Source of the DNA: Glycera tridactyla
Taxonomy: Eukaryota
Direction: 5' to 3'
Assembly (NCBI GenBank): GCA_965644265.1
Contig: OZ286472.1
Coordinates: 30,752,001 to 30,816,000 of the forward strand
Length of the DNA: 64,000 nt
Made by a program: the position numbers and the translations under genes. The notes under the pieces are model-generated. The model made no database searches. It saw only the letters and a list, made by a program, of their open reading frames with translations, and had not been told where the DNA came from. Below are positions 35,382 through 48,800 of the stretch, in pieces; the first letter of the stretch is position 1; every line of letters starts with the position of its first letter.

Positions 35382-38300
35382 GTGGCTTGTGCGAATACAA
35401 TCACATAAACATTACCAGCAATTCAGCGAGGTGCCTACTGGTTAGAGTGGGACCTGGTGTCATCTATTGCAAACAATTCTTCCTCTCCCATCGCAAGATG
35501 ACTGATACAAACAGGTAATGAAAATCTATGAAATAAATCGGCATAGCCTTTCATACTGGTGTATATTTTTGATTGACAAGCAAATATACAAGCATATATA
35601 CAAACATATCATCTACAAGTAATACATAAGCAATTAAAATGATGTATTTACAAATGCCCGCCCCAACGTAGGAGCTGATGTTCAGTGCTTGACTAGCGTA
35701 CAATTGATCCCCTCTCTATAACTGCCTCTGAGACAAAAAACTTCGCCTATTGAATGTGATGTTTTTCTTTTCCTGAAGACCTGCCATTCGATGTGACTGA
35801 TTTGTGTTAATTTTTCCATAGAGCATATTCAAATTCTAGACTATGTGCTACTGATATCCGTATGCTCTCCCATGTCAATACCAACTTTTATCTTGTCAAT
35901 GTCACCATTCGCCTAACACATGACTTAAGCTGTCAAATTACTATGTGGCATCAAATCAATCAGGACCGTACAGAATTTCGTTGTTTATCAACACTGACTC
36001 TATATGTTCTCTATTCGTGTGATCCTTCGATCCGAGAGCCAAAATGCTTACTTGGAAAATATTCTTATAAAGACCCTTTGTATTCCTGATAGATTCCCTG
36101 GTCTCAAGGAACTGTGTTGAAATCCTTACGTTTGTTAATATTTATGCCTGGCTAAGGACTCAAGCAATCAAGTGACCTCAGTGGTAAGAAATAGCAAGTA
36201 TAAAGACTAGGCCCTAGGAATTTCCTCAGTCCCTTTTGTTTAGGACTGTGCTACCCTTACTGATTATCAAAACGTTGTCTAGGGTAGACAACAAAAAAGC
36301 GTGATTGTGATATAATCTTTCCTCAGGCAACCAACTATGATTCAAAATTCATCTTGTGGAGAGCATGTTTGTTCAGAGACAGACATTGAAACACAGAACA
36401 AATAAGTAACAGATATTGAATTAATATCATTTATTGCAGCACAATACTCCTCCTCGCTCCATCACCCTTCTCTTCTTGGTATCAACAAGAAATGGAAGTT
36501 CAAACTAGGCGGACCTCCAGGTTACTTCAAGAAAGAAGTAATTGCATCATCACTCGAACTCAAGCTCACAGATACTCGCACATACACCCAAATATCTGTT
36601 CACAACACACTTTCTGCTCCACGTTCACCAATACGGATCCAAAGGAGAAGTGCACATGGTTAGTGTGTGTAACGGGCTGGAAGTATGAATAATGAATGAA
36701 GATGAAATGGAAGATCAAAGATCCCAACTTAACTACCCAAGTTCAAACCAACCCAAGTAGTGCAGATCCTCTGGGATTATCAGTTCAGAAACGATACGCT
36801 ATAAAGATAGAGAAAACGTTTCGGGTCTACGACGAACACAGAACCGAACACGTCATCACTTCTCGTGAGCGAATACCGAAACTAAACAATCCCCAGGACT
36901 ACACGAGCGGACGGTGCGATTTAAAGATGATTTATACTACAATAACTTCGTGGGACCAAGTTCGACTTCGAAACATTCAAGTTCTAACTCTGGCCTCAAG
37001 CAAGAACTAAAGTCGAAGTGATGCTGGTCACTGAAAAGCGATAATCTTCATAGCGATGAGCTAGTGAGTGAAGGAAAACACCGGGAGGCATTCAAGTCAA
37101 CTGTGAATGCACCTACAAGTCACGCTCCGACTGAAGGAAGCTAAGCGCTGTAGCACACACAACACACATATCGCTGATTCACCCAAGCATACGGCAGGCC
37201 GCTAAAGCTGAAAAGAGTTCATCAGGTATTCGAACACTTTAAAGAAGAATTTGACAGTCTATGAAGACGAATGAAGCTTCAAGACTAAAGAACTCAATTC
37301 AAAATTCAAATTCAAATTTCAAAATCTAAATTGAAATTCAAAACCAAAGAAGTGTTCATCGAATAGTGTTCACAGTGTAACACGCTGCAATTTGACTTAA
37401 GAGTTCAAACTGTAAGAAATATTCCCAAGAGAAGCTTGGAGACTATCAACCAGGACAGGGGTATTCATACTCTGTCGGGAACAGTGTCACTCAAATGGGT
37501 TCACTACAGTGAACAAAGTCAACCGGTTTTCACCACAGGAATGTTCATCGGTGAATCTTAAGATGTGGCAAGGTGAAACACATTACCAGTTACCATGCAG
37601 TGCTGGTCGACTGCAATGCACCAAGCTGCATACCGATTCAGAAGATGTCGTAACGTCACGAGATGTCGTCACAAGATGTCGTAGACAACACACTCACACT
37701 GACGTCAAGTATTGCTCGAGCTGAACGAAGGTCATCGGAGATCAGTCCATACCAACTATACTTAATGAATCAGCAAAGTCGGCTGACGACGAACGCTCTA
37801 CTCTACAGGCGACTTCGAGTTGCACGAAGGATGTCTCCGGATGATGTCATCGGAAGATGTCACTGAAGGCAAGATACCTTGCAGCAAAGAAAGAAACGAA
37901 GATCGCAAGATCCGAAGATCGCCCTGAAGGCCGCTCCACGACTTCTAGCACTGGAAACGTTTGGCTGACGACCAGTAAGCCATGGCATGCATGCTGCCGC
38001 TACAGGAAAAGAAGAAACCCAAATTCCCTCAGCATCCATGTGTGGTATGTAAACTAAGTCAAAGTTTATGTTATATCGTTTAGTTTGCAATTTTTTTGGT
38101 ATTTTATAATGTTCCTAATTCATTCGAAGAGACTATAGTTAAGAGAATTGAACATTCCATGTTAAGGCAATGCTCCATGTATCCACTAACTAAATGGCAG
38201 ACATTGGGTTCTATGTTGTTCATATTAACTCCAACAATCAGTTAAGACTAACCAGAGTTGAGATAATTAAGCTCAAAAATATTTGTTGAGCCGAGACTAC

Positions 38301-41300
38301 TTTCAATCAAGTGATCACCTGCAATACTAATGCCATCAATAATCATTCTAACAAGAAAGCACGAAGCTGATTTGCATGAACTTTGTTTTGATTCAAGTTA
38401 GCATTAGTAGAGCAATAGCCCGAATCAGGATCCAAAAACAGACAATGTTCAACTATGCATCCAGTTGGCATGACTGTGGACTGATTCTGCTATTTTTACT
38501 TGTTGAAATTATTCTCAGTGATTTCACAAAGAAATTGCTTGCAAAATTAAGAAATTTCAATTTCTCAATTAATTAAGTGCCATTTCAAAGAGAACTACTC
38601 ACTATCAATTGCAAGAATTAAATAAATTCCATTGTGAAATAGCAAGTGTCATGATGTTCTAAGAGGGCTATCAATTGTAAACAAGTCAAAAACTCTCACC
38701 TGGCCATATATGGAGGTCAACTGAGGACCACCCCCAATGGCAAGCAACACAGTGAATTCCGAATGGAATTCTACAAATTCACTACCTATTCCTGTGTGAC
38801 AAGAATTTTTTATCTGTTCTTGTTATTCCATAGCCAAGTACTTCTTGACACAAGAAAAGAAGACAAAGAGGCTATTTGACTGAAATCGACAAGCTATATT
38901 GGCTAAGATGACTAAAAGCACTACGAGAGCTACAAAGTGTCTTCACGAAATGGAATGGGTGTAAAATGTGTCTTGGAATTGTTGTAGATATACTGTGAGG
39001 GTTCCTGAAGGTCAAAAATCGAAAAATGAGCGAATCTAGTTGAAAACACAAAATTTCAAGATGGCCGCCAAATATAAAATGGCCGCTGCAGACCAACTCC
39101 AATGAGATACAAAGCTGGTATTCTCACACACACTATTTGAATCACCAGGCTTTCATTTGGAATGATTCTCGAATTGATATGACCAAAACTCAGAGATTTC
39201 AAGATGGCGCCCAAAATGGCCGACCGAAATATCAAAATCGTTCTCCTGAGCTTAATATTGAAGCAAGGAAGTTGAGAAACTCACCACAGCTAGATATGAA
39301 TATTTGTGACTCTCTAAGCATATGAAATCTCAGATATATTTTGAAAATTGACAAATTTGGCTTTTCCGGGAAATATATTGAATGCTGGTTAATAGAGTCA
39401 AAAGCTAGCGAAATCCGTCACACCTCGAGTTTTCGAGGTAGAGACTTCATATTTCACATCATCACACATGCCAGTTTGGCCAACAAACTTTATCGCATGA
39501 ATTATAGATAAAGTGAATTTATCTATAAACGGCGGATGGTTCAAGATGGTTGCAATTTAGTTGGAAAATGGTTGGAGGGCGAAATATTTCACAATCATGA
39601 AATCTGAAGCGCCAAATAAACTGGGGATTTCACAAATACTGCAACATTGGTTTTGAACATGGCTGATAGGCGAAATACGAGATTGGCTCAACCAAAATTG
39701 ATTATTCGTGTTTGGTTTAGGTTGGTTGGTCTCAAACCTGGACAGATGTATCAGACAAAGCCAGAATTGCCAGAATTCGGTCTAAACACCTTAGAAATCA
39801 ACCGTAAGTGTGAAAAATCATGGAAAATCACGAATGGTCACAGATTCGAGGTTGGTCTTCCCACAAGGGTCTAAGTTCGAAAAGTAGGTCACGTGCTTTG
39901 GGAACATTTTAGGGCACAGAATATGAACAACCGTGTATGGAGTGTTCTATAAACGTGTTCTACGCGGGTTCTAGAGTGATTCTAGGTGGTCTTGATCCCA
40001 CGGACCAAACATAAACAAGCCTATGTTTACTTTCTTGTCCGGAGAATTCTCGGAACAACATTTCATAGAGATGCGATATATCTACATAGATAATGGTCTC
40101 AAACCACTCGAAATGTGTCATATCCCTCTCAAATAGATATTGTATCACAGACGTGTAGGCAAAAAGCTTTCATGACAGCGTGAAACAACAGGAAATGTGA
40201 TTTTCGGAATTCTTTCGTCTATATACTCAAAATTGTCTCCACGATGACGGGATTACACATGAACAACGTTTGGCTATCAAAAAGTCATGAAATACTGTGC
40301 AATAACAACGTTTGTGTGTGAAACGTCCAAAAACAGTGTTTTGGTAAGATTTGGCTGAGAAACAGCGAAGTGCCTTTTAAAGACAAAAACGGTCAGTGAA
40401 TCTAAACCAGGGTGTGGGAACAATTAACCCAACAAGGCCACACACCGCGCGTCTCTCGATCAGATCCGGCGTCTCGCAGTCATGTCAATTTCTGTCTGGA
40501 AACCTAGACAACCATCTGACTTTGAAAGATTACTCTATATTGAGATCAGTTTGTTCACTTTAAAAGAAGCATTCAGGCATGCAGGACGCTTTTGGAGCGT
40601 TCTACATTCAACATTCATGGACTTAACAGCCCCATTCGTCTCAATGCAAATCACGGATATTAGGAATACCGGATAGCACATTTATGAGACAAAATGGATA
40701 TCTTACTCATTCTTTTTACCGAAATTATGAGTTACAGACCACGTATATCGTGAAAATAGACTATTTCGGACACAAATCGCTTATCTTTCAATAACAGACA
40801 CTTCAAACACAATTGTCAGATGAATTACAGCCTGTGAATGTGGCAATGGAGTCCACGTTCACCGTGCTTTCATCCTTTCACCGGAAAACATCACAAACCG
40901 CGGCCACATGGATGGCTTTCACTCTCACAACCCCCACACACGAATAGTCACGAAATATCAACCGCGAGGACATTTTGGCACACAAAACGTATCAGGAGGC
41001 ACAGTAGCAATACATGAACATTTCCACGGCACATTTCATGAGTCACACTGTCATTGAAGAGAGTTTCAGAGAAAGACATGTGTTTCACAGTGGTGAATGC
41101 ATGGTGGCACAAGGGTGGTGGGGTGTTCGTGTACCTATGCTCCTACGTAATGCTGCTAACAAGTGGTGATGCACCTCACAATTACTGACCTGTCAAAGTT
41201 ATTTTACTCATGTGGTGGATCATGATGGTGGCTTCCCGTGGAGCACTTTAGGAGTAGCGATATCCTAAGGCATCAAGGAGGGTATCTGCAAACTTTCTTG

Positions 41301-42099
41301 CAAGACTTCTGATCCAGTGACAGCGACCTCCGGGGCGAATGTGTCGAAAGTAATCTTCACATTGCAGGTAGCCCAGATATAGGTGCTGACACCGATCTCT
41401 CCTAAGATACCAATGATATCACCAATGATGTCAGATCTTCCTTTGATCTTCGGTCTGCTATATCTTTGAAAGTTATAGGCGCAGTCCAGTCATACTTTCT
41501 GACAAAACGTAGTTTATGTTACCCTGTAATACTGCAATTCTCTCCAAAAATCTGGAATCCAAAAATACACATTATTTAAATCATCCAAATCGGAGTTAAT
41601 TACACAGGCAGAGAATTTCAGCTCCTTCTTTTCTGACAAAATCAAATCAGAGCTGCAATCAGAGCAGGGGTTGTATCTACCTCTCTGTTCAGTCATATGA
41701 TTGAGATTACCACTGAAAAGAACATGACGAGCTATATTGAGCCTTCATTAGGAAATTTACTGCCGAAACAACGATTCGTTAGATTTAATTTCCTCCTCCC
41801 ATGCAATCCTAGAACTAGGCCTATAGCCATAAAAGGACAATATTAGACACTCGGTTGTGGGACGAGACGTCACTGTTCCAGGGCTAGACCATAATGATTC
41901 CATATTACATATCAGATAACATCACGACCTTTTCGTGGTGTTACATTTGTATTTGTATTTTGTCACTGTTTTGTACTCGTAATGGAGAAAATATGTACCT
42001 ACATGCATCATCTCCATCTGAGATTAAATAAACAATTCTTATTCCTGTTCTTATTCTAGCTCTTTGTCATCGGTGCTAATATCGTAATAATCTACTGTT

Positions 42100-42178
42100 G
42101 CACACTTTCTATAAAGACCACCTGCCTATAAAGGCCACATTTTATGCGACAGAGGTGGTCTCTATAGACAGGTTCGCG
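42100..42178. mobile_element. MITE fragment (AAAGACCACC family)
   Basis: CTATAAAGACCACCTGCCTATAAAGGCCAC..GGTGGTCTCTATAGACAGGTTCG. Confidence 0.6.
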
Positions 42179-42264
42179 TATATGTAGTATCGCTGATAGT
42201 AGTAGTTGCGGTAGTAATAGTAGATAAACATTTATAGGGCTTTTATGGAGCCACTTATGAAAAC

Positions 42265-43312
42265 AAATAGTAGTAGTAGAAGTAGTACGAAGTTTCTGTG
42301 ACAAGAGATTCTCACGATGCAATCAATTTTACAAAGAAATAATTCCAACATCATCTACTCTGTACTATCCATATTCCCCCGCCCCTACAATTAGGCTATT
42401 TGTCACATTTTCATTGATCAATACTTCCACTAGTTAGGCAAACAGAGCACGAAACAATATAACAACGAGTTTTCATACAATTTATCAATCTCTGTCAAAA
42501 ATACAAAATTCACATAAATCGATAACGATAATTTCGGCTTTAATTGTAAAGATATGACTCTTCTAATACATACAGATTCAAAATAAACACTATTCACAGA
42601 TAAAGATAAACTTCCTTGATAATTTTGAGGATTTCTGCCTGGTCAATCCCTGACTTCTAGGGGATTGTCCAGGCCTGGAAAAATAAGAGAAAATTTCGAA
42701 TAACATGTTCATATTCAAACTTTATATTACGTTTAGTCTAGAAACTGCACACGTGGTTGCGTTTATGATTAATCATATAACTGGTGGCATATTACACTAT
42801 AGATAAATAGGAGTAATTAAACTACTATTCAGAGATGCTGGCCCTACGATCAGGCTGAATCCAAGTATTATGGAGATATATAGCTGCATTTGTACTTGTG
42901 CATTGGTACGTGCAATGAACTATGAGCCTCCTCTACTGTCACACTCCGTCACTTGTAGTACTGTACATAGGCAATAGATGGCACTTAAAGGTCCAATTCT
43001 CACTAGTCCCATGGAGTGTTCATTATGTTGAATCTTGCAAAACCTACTAACTGACATTGGAACACAGTAGACCTTTGAACATTGATCTTCTCTTTGTTCT
43101 GGCATGTTCGATATGCTGTTTGCAAATACTTTGATTGCATCAGGCATGAGCAACCGCTTCACATCATGCAAGCATGTCAGGCTTTTTTCATTTTCAACAG
43201 AATACAATTCATCCAGCATATCTTTGCGGGCGTTAGAGACCGCCTCACAATGGATAATAAAATGTTCTTCTGTTTCAAGTTGACTAATTACACAGAGGTG
43301 TCGCTTTGAGAC
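42265..43312 (-). mobile_element. 5'-truncated LINE: C-terminal zinc-knuckle remnant, 3' UTR, (TAC)n tail
   Basis: HLCVISQLETEEHFIIHCEAVSNARKDML; UTR blocks shared with 43313-44035. Confidence 0.65.
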
Positions 43313-44708
43313 GGTAGTAGTAGAAGTAGTAATAATGTAATAATGTATATTTATTTCTGTGACAAGAAGTAAACAGGCAATACAATGCAAATACAAGTGC
43401 AATCATGTAAGATACTGATAACACTTATGGGTAACTTGAATAAATACACAAATAAATAAGTAAGTAAGTAGTTAACCTATGTGATCATTACATCTTTAAC
43501 TACTGCCATCTACAAATCTCCCGCCCCTAGTGAGAGGCTATTAGTCACATTAACTTGGTACAGTTGCTATATTGATCCACAAATAAATAACTGAGTAAAA
43601 CTTTACAAGGCATATATATATTGGTGAAAAGTGATAGAAGATTACATACTGCGCTATATACAATCTCAACTGGAAAACAATTTGTTCAATATTTACAAAA
43701 AAGAAAAAAGAGAAAGAATTATGTACATTACAAGCAAAATTGGTATTAACCTCAATGAATAAATAGATAAATAAAACATACAGGTAATTATCAAATTTGA
43801 TTGGTTCAATAAAGTTAATCATATAGATAAAGTTTACAGGCGAAAAAATAGAAAGGAATTCGTTATGGTTTTCACGGGTTGACAAGGGTAAATAGATTAA
43901 TGTTGAGTTTTGGTTGAACAAAAGCATCTGCAGACAATATCAACAGCTTCTATTGGTTCTGTGGTTCTGTACTACAATTGTTGCTGCAGGTTTCTGTATT
44001 ACCAGTGCACACTTCTGCCGCTAGATGGCATTAATTATATATGCAGAGTTTGCGGGATTCTAACGTGCTCATGATACCGTTGGCAAGTATTTTTTTTACA
44101 GAACCGCTTCTTAAGGCTTTTTTTTACATCATCCATCGTATTCAAAAACAGCTCGTTATCAAATGCAAGAAGTCTCTCCTGTAGGGACTTCCTTGGATCA
44201 CATAGAACATTACATTTAAGCAAGAAATGTTCTCCGTCCTCTTTCTCTCCCGAGGAACAACACTGACAGGTTCTATTTTCCAAAGGCACACATTCAAATC
44301 TCCCTGTTTCTACCACTAATGGGAGGACACCCGATTTGAACTTGACAATGTTGCTCCGATCTGTTCTACACATATTTGCCTCTACAATGGTTTTGATTGT
44401 CTCTCTGTCATGGATGGCTAGGAATATCAAGAAAGTTTTGGTTTGGCTGATGCATATACCCACAGTCTATCCCTGTTGAGTTTCGAGAGTCTGGCATTCA
44501 GGACCTCCAAAACAAGCTGAGTTAGTTCTTCAATGCAGTTGTCCATATTAGCATGACTCAGAATTCTGAGTTCCGAAACCCATCCTCCCAAATTGAGTGA
44601 CATTTCCCATTTTAGGACAATATATGGAAGACGAGATTGATCCATTTTGACAATTCGGTTATATGATCTTACAACTTCAACCCATCTTCTGACCTTCAGA
44701 TCCATCCA
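43313..44708 (-). mobile_element. 5'-truncated, frameshifted LINE with C-terminal CCHC zinc knuckle, 3' UTR and (TAC)n tail (clade not determined)
   Basis: RSYNRIVKMDQSRLP; KFKSGVLPLVVETGRF..RTCQCC..EKEDGEHFLLKC; AATAAA at 43350-43355. Confidence 0.85.
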
Positions 44709-45829
44709 GTAGTAGTATTAGTAGTAGCCGTAGTACTACTACTAGTGGTAACAACAGTAAGCATTGAACTTGAAGATTCCCTGGGCACAGCTATACACAG
44801 CCATAGATACGCATCATTATTCAGAACATTAGGCAGTCATTCTAGGATATACACACTCATAATGGGTGGTAACATGGTTTGTAAAATCGAAGGTAGGACA
44901 AGCATGAGATCACACACAGCAGTAATCTTTCCCTCATACTTGGTAAGAATGACAAGAAAAGTGTAGTAGTGGACGAATTTGGAGGGAACAGAAGAACAAG
45001 ATTGTGTCTCAAGGTATCTTGAAAAGTTGGGTAAGATGAAGAACCACTAACAGATCCAAATTCTTTATCTGATCTCTGGTTGTACAATGTCTGAAAAACA
45101 GTCGTAATCAGGACATCGGAGATACAAAAACCCATTATATACAAATACAAATTTGGTAAGACGACACAAAAAACAAAAAAGTNNNNNNNNNNNNNNNNNN
45201 NNNNNNNNNNNNNNNNNNNNNNNNNNNNNNNNNNNNNNNNNNNNNNNNNNNNNNNNNNNNNNNNNNNNNNNNNNNNNNNNNNNNNNNNNNNNNNNNNNNN
45301 NNNNNNNNNNNNNNNNNNNNNNNNNNNNNNNNNNNNNNNNNNNNNNNNNNNNNNNNNNNNNNNNNNNNNTGGGATGATATAATAATGCTCCAAATTTGTT
45401 GCCTATCACTGTGAAACTGTGACCCTGTGAACCTATGCGCTTGCAGCATACAATATTCCGCCGTGGTGCATATATCCTGGTTTAGATGATTAGTCTCTAT
45501 ATCATATCCCCACCCTTTCTTCCAACATATACACACCACTGATTGTCTTTTCTACTTGTGGGGTGTACATGTAGGATATTGCCATCCAAATCCCCAATGT
45601 TGGTTTGAATATTCGAACTTGAGTTTTCGAATTCATGATCATGTGTCATCACTATTGATGGTATACATGCATACTACATAGTCTGTCAGAGGTTTTAGTT
45701 GCATAAAATTTCAGCTAGACAGAAGAGAAACTTGAACAAAACAGCATGCGTTTCAGCTGTTATTATCTCATCTTGCCCCAAATATGATGCCGATTGCACC
45801 CATACATGAGAGGTACAAAGTCGAGTGCA

Positions 45830-48800
45830 TTAGGGAGGTGCGGTCGCATTGAGGTTTGGACACATGCAGGTGCACTCCGATGGTGTGCCAAACTGGAATA
45901 CAACTATCATGTAGGTCAATACAGCTCCAGCAACCTGAAAACAGAAGGAAAGTTGAGAAAAATTTCTTTCAAGAAAAGCAGATAAACTCCAGTCCCTTGC
46001 ATATGCAGTTAATTTTTATTTGTTTGAGGTTTAAGGACATGTATGAACCCTTGGGAATATATATGACATGTGCTTCTGGTCAATAAAAGATAGATGTTCT
46101 GTCAGCTACAGGCATTACATACACAATCCCTGAGCACGGGATGATGAGTAACCTGAAAGATTGTCACATCAGACACACCTCAACCTCATTGACATGATCA
46201 TATTAGAGTGGATCACAACATATTTCTTTGGTGTAGAGGTAAATGAGTGAGAGCTCTTTTTGCTCCATCACTCTACTCCACCCAGGGTATTAGCATTGAT
46301 GGTAATTGTTATGTATCTCGCCCATGTACTTAATTTTGTGTTCGTGAATGTACGCACCTCGGGGAGGTGAGAATGGCCCAAGCTTGTATAGCTCTGTCAA
46401 ATGATTTAATTGTAAAGCCGGTCATATTGGCTGAATTCACTGAGTATACTAGAATATGACCCACTAGATTGACATCTAAATCCATGTTGAAGTTATACAG
46501 GTCACTCTTTCTCCATGAGCATTTATGCCACCAAATGTAGTTTCAAGGTCGACATTCATCAGGCATTCTGACTTTACGAATGTATTCTCTGGCTGGTCCG
46601 CTTAGTGTCTTCCAACTCCTCAAAGAGTGTACAATCCAGATGAACTGAGCACACTACAATTGTCTTCCCTACCTAGAGTGAGATTTCCATCCACACCTGT
46701 GTGGAGTAGAACAGATGGAATAAGCCATCTACAATTGCCATTACTACATATAATCACATTGCCATTCACACCTGAATGGAGTTGAAAGGCTGGGCTAAGT
46801 ACCCCACAATTGCGTTCACTACTTATAGTCAAATCACCATCTACGCAAAACATAACCACCTACAATAAAATCACCATCCATGCCCAAATGGAGGGAAACA
46901 GATAGGTTAAGTACCCTACAATTGACTTTACTATATGTACTACTAAAATATCATCTACCACGCATGGAGCATTTTCCTCCATAGTTATAAACGTCTGTAG
47001 CAAGAAACAAAACAATTACCGTGGCTAACGTGGACCTGTTGAAGGGAACAAGTCCCATCACCGTGTATCCTATCTGTGTTTCCTTCAGATAATACTTAAA
47101 TGTTTGCACCTAGAAAAGAAATGCAGATATGAACATGTATCGAATCATGAAAATAGAATCCCTATTATAAGTATTGAAATAGGTTTTGAGTTGTATGGAA
47201 CATCCACTGTGTGTTACAGCAAGAATCTACGGTTTCAAATTCAAGAACCATGAGCACTCTTCACTCAATTAGTAAGTAATCCATGTTAAATGAGCACCCC
47301 CACATCATTTTTAACGCACTTGCGTGTTAGTGAAATGGGGACATAAGGCAGGACATTTTCTTGGAGGGGGGGGGGGGGGATATCCTGGTCGGGTTTTTAG
47401 GCGGTTATTGCGATATTATCTCACCTGCAAGGTCTCCGCTTCTGTCAACGTTCGGAGGTCAACCTCATTCAGAATCTCGAATGGAGTATGTGCCTGAAAG
47501 TTGTCAAATCATATAATCAAATCGGTATATTCATATATTCTATAGACATTGACGTAATTTCAGTGAGGCGCCAACTGCTTAGAGTGACATCTAGTGGCAA
47601 GTGTTGGGAATAATTGTTCCACTTCATTTGCTAGATGACTGATACAATAATTTAATCCATGATGCAGATATGATTAGCCTTTCATACTGGTGGATGTGTT
47701 GATGATTTCACAGTAAATCAGAAGAATGAATAGCTGATCGTGCTCTAACTGTAGTTTAAGCATATGAGGCGCAAAATGGAATTTACGTTCTTGCAAAAAT
47801 AACTTTGAATTATATTCCACATTCACGCAGATTTCTATGGTATTGATAGAAGCAGGGAAGTGAAAGTTTGCTCACTACAAGTGCCATCTTGTATAGATAA
47901 AGTGAAATACCTTGGTGGAAATCTCTGGAACAAAATTCTGTTATACTCTATAGACAGCGAGAGGTAATGGATGGCGTTCAGTACAAACTCAGCAAGAATA
48001 AGGCAAGGTTATGCCACAGTTGGTGATTTCAAAGATGGGTTGCTCAGTGTAGAGAGTTCCATGGTGTTTGCTTGTTTCACCCTGCAGTCTATTCAATGGG
48101 AGTTCGCATTGCTGGTGCGATCTCATGATGAAGTCTGGTATTATATGGCTACTGTACCCCTATCATGGATGTGCCACGTGCTGTCATCCATAATGAACCA
48201 TATCTTCACACATGTTCATGCACATATATACGCATAGTGCTGTATTGAACTCGTTGAAATATAAACCGCAATCTATCCCTGAACTGAAGAATACATTCCA
48301 TCCTTTTTCTTTATGGATGTCTTGACCTGGTCCCCCATGCTATATACTCAAATTTTAGGCCGGTTCAAACATTGCCAAGAAAATGACACTTCATGTTATG
48401 ACACTTAGTGAATGTGATTACAAGGTGTGAACTCAAGCAAGAATATCACCTGTCCCTTCATCTTTCTCTTATGCTTATAAATTATATGCGCATAGATTAT
48501 GGGATATACTATATATACTAACCCACGGTGGCTTCAGTCATGCCCTCATGTACAGCATGTTTTGATTAGGCCTATTTTGACCCCCCATGACCTAACACAG
48601 CTCAGCAGCCCTATTGAATAGACTGTAGCACCTTAATGCAGAGATTTAATTGCTCTCGCTCAGGTGGGAGTACTGAGCGGAAACACAGTAATATTGACAC
48701 TAAGCGAATATTTGCTTACATAATGCACAGTGCATTATGAACGGGTCTCGTGCCTCCTACAAAGCCCTGTGAACCACAATAGGAAATAGCACTGTCATTA

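Noticed and set aside
39055-39235. Cluster of YY1-like (CAAG/AAA)ATGGC(C/G) motifs
   Set aside because: Typical of interspersed non-autonomous repeats; no adjacent gene start and element boundaries not definable
41514-41696. 60-aa ORF MTEQRGRYNPCSDC... with possible donor
   Set aside because: No recognisable motif, no duplicate to test coding constraint, and downstream frames are interrupted
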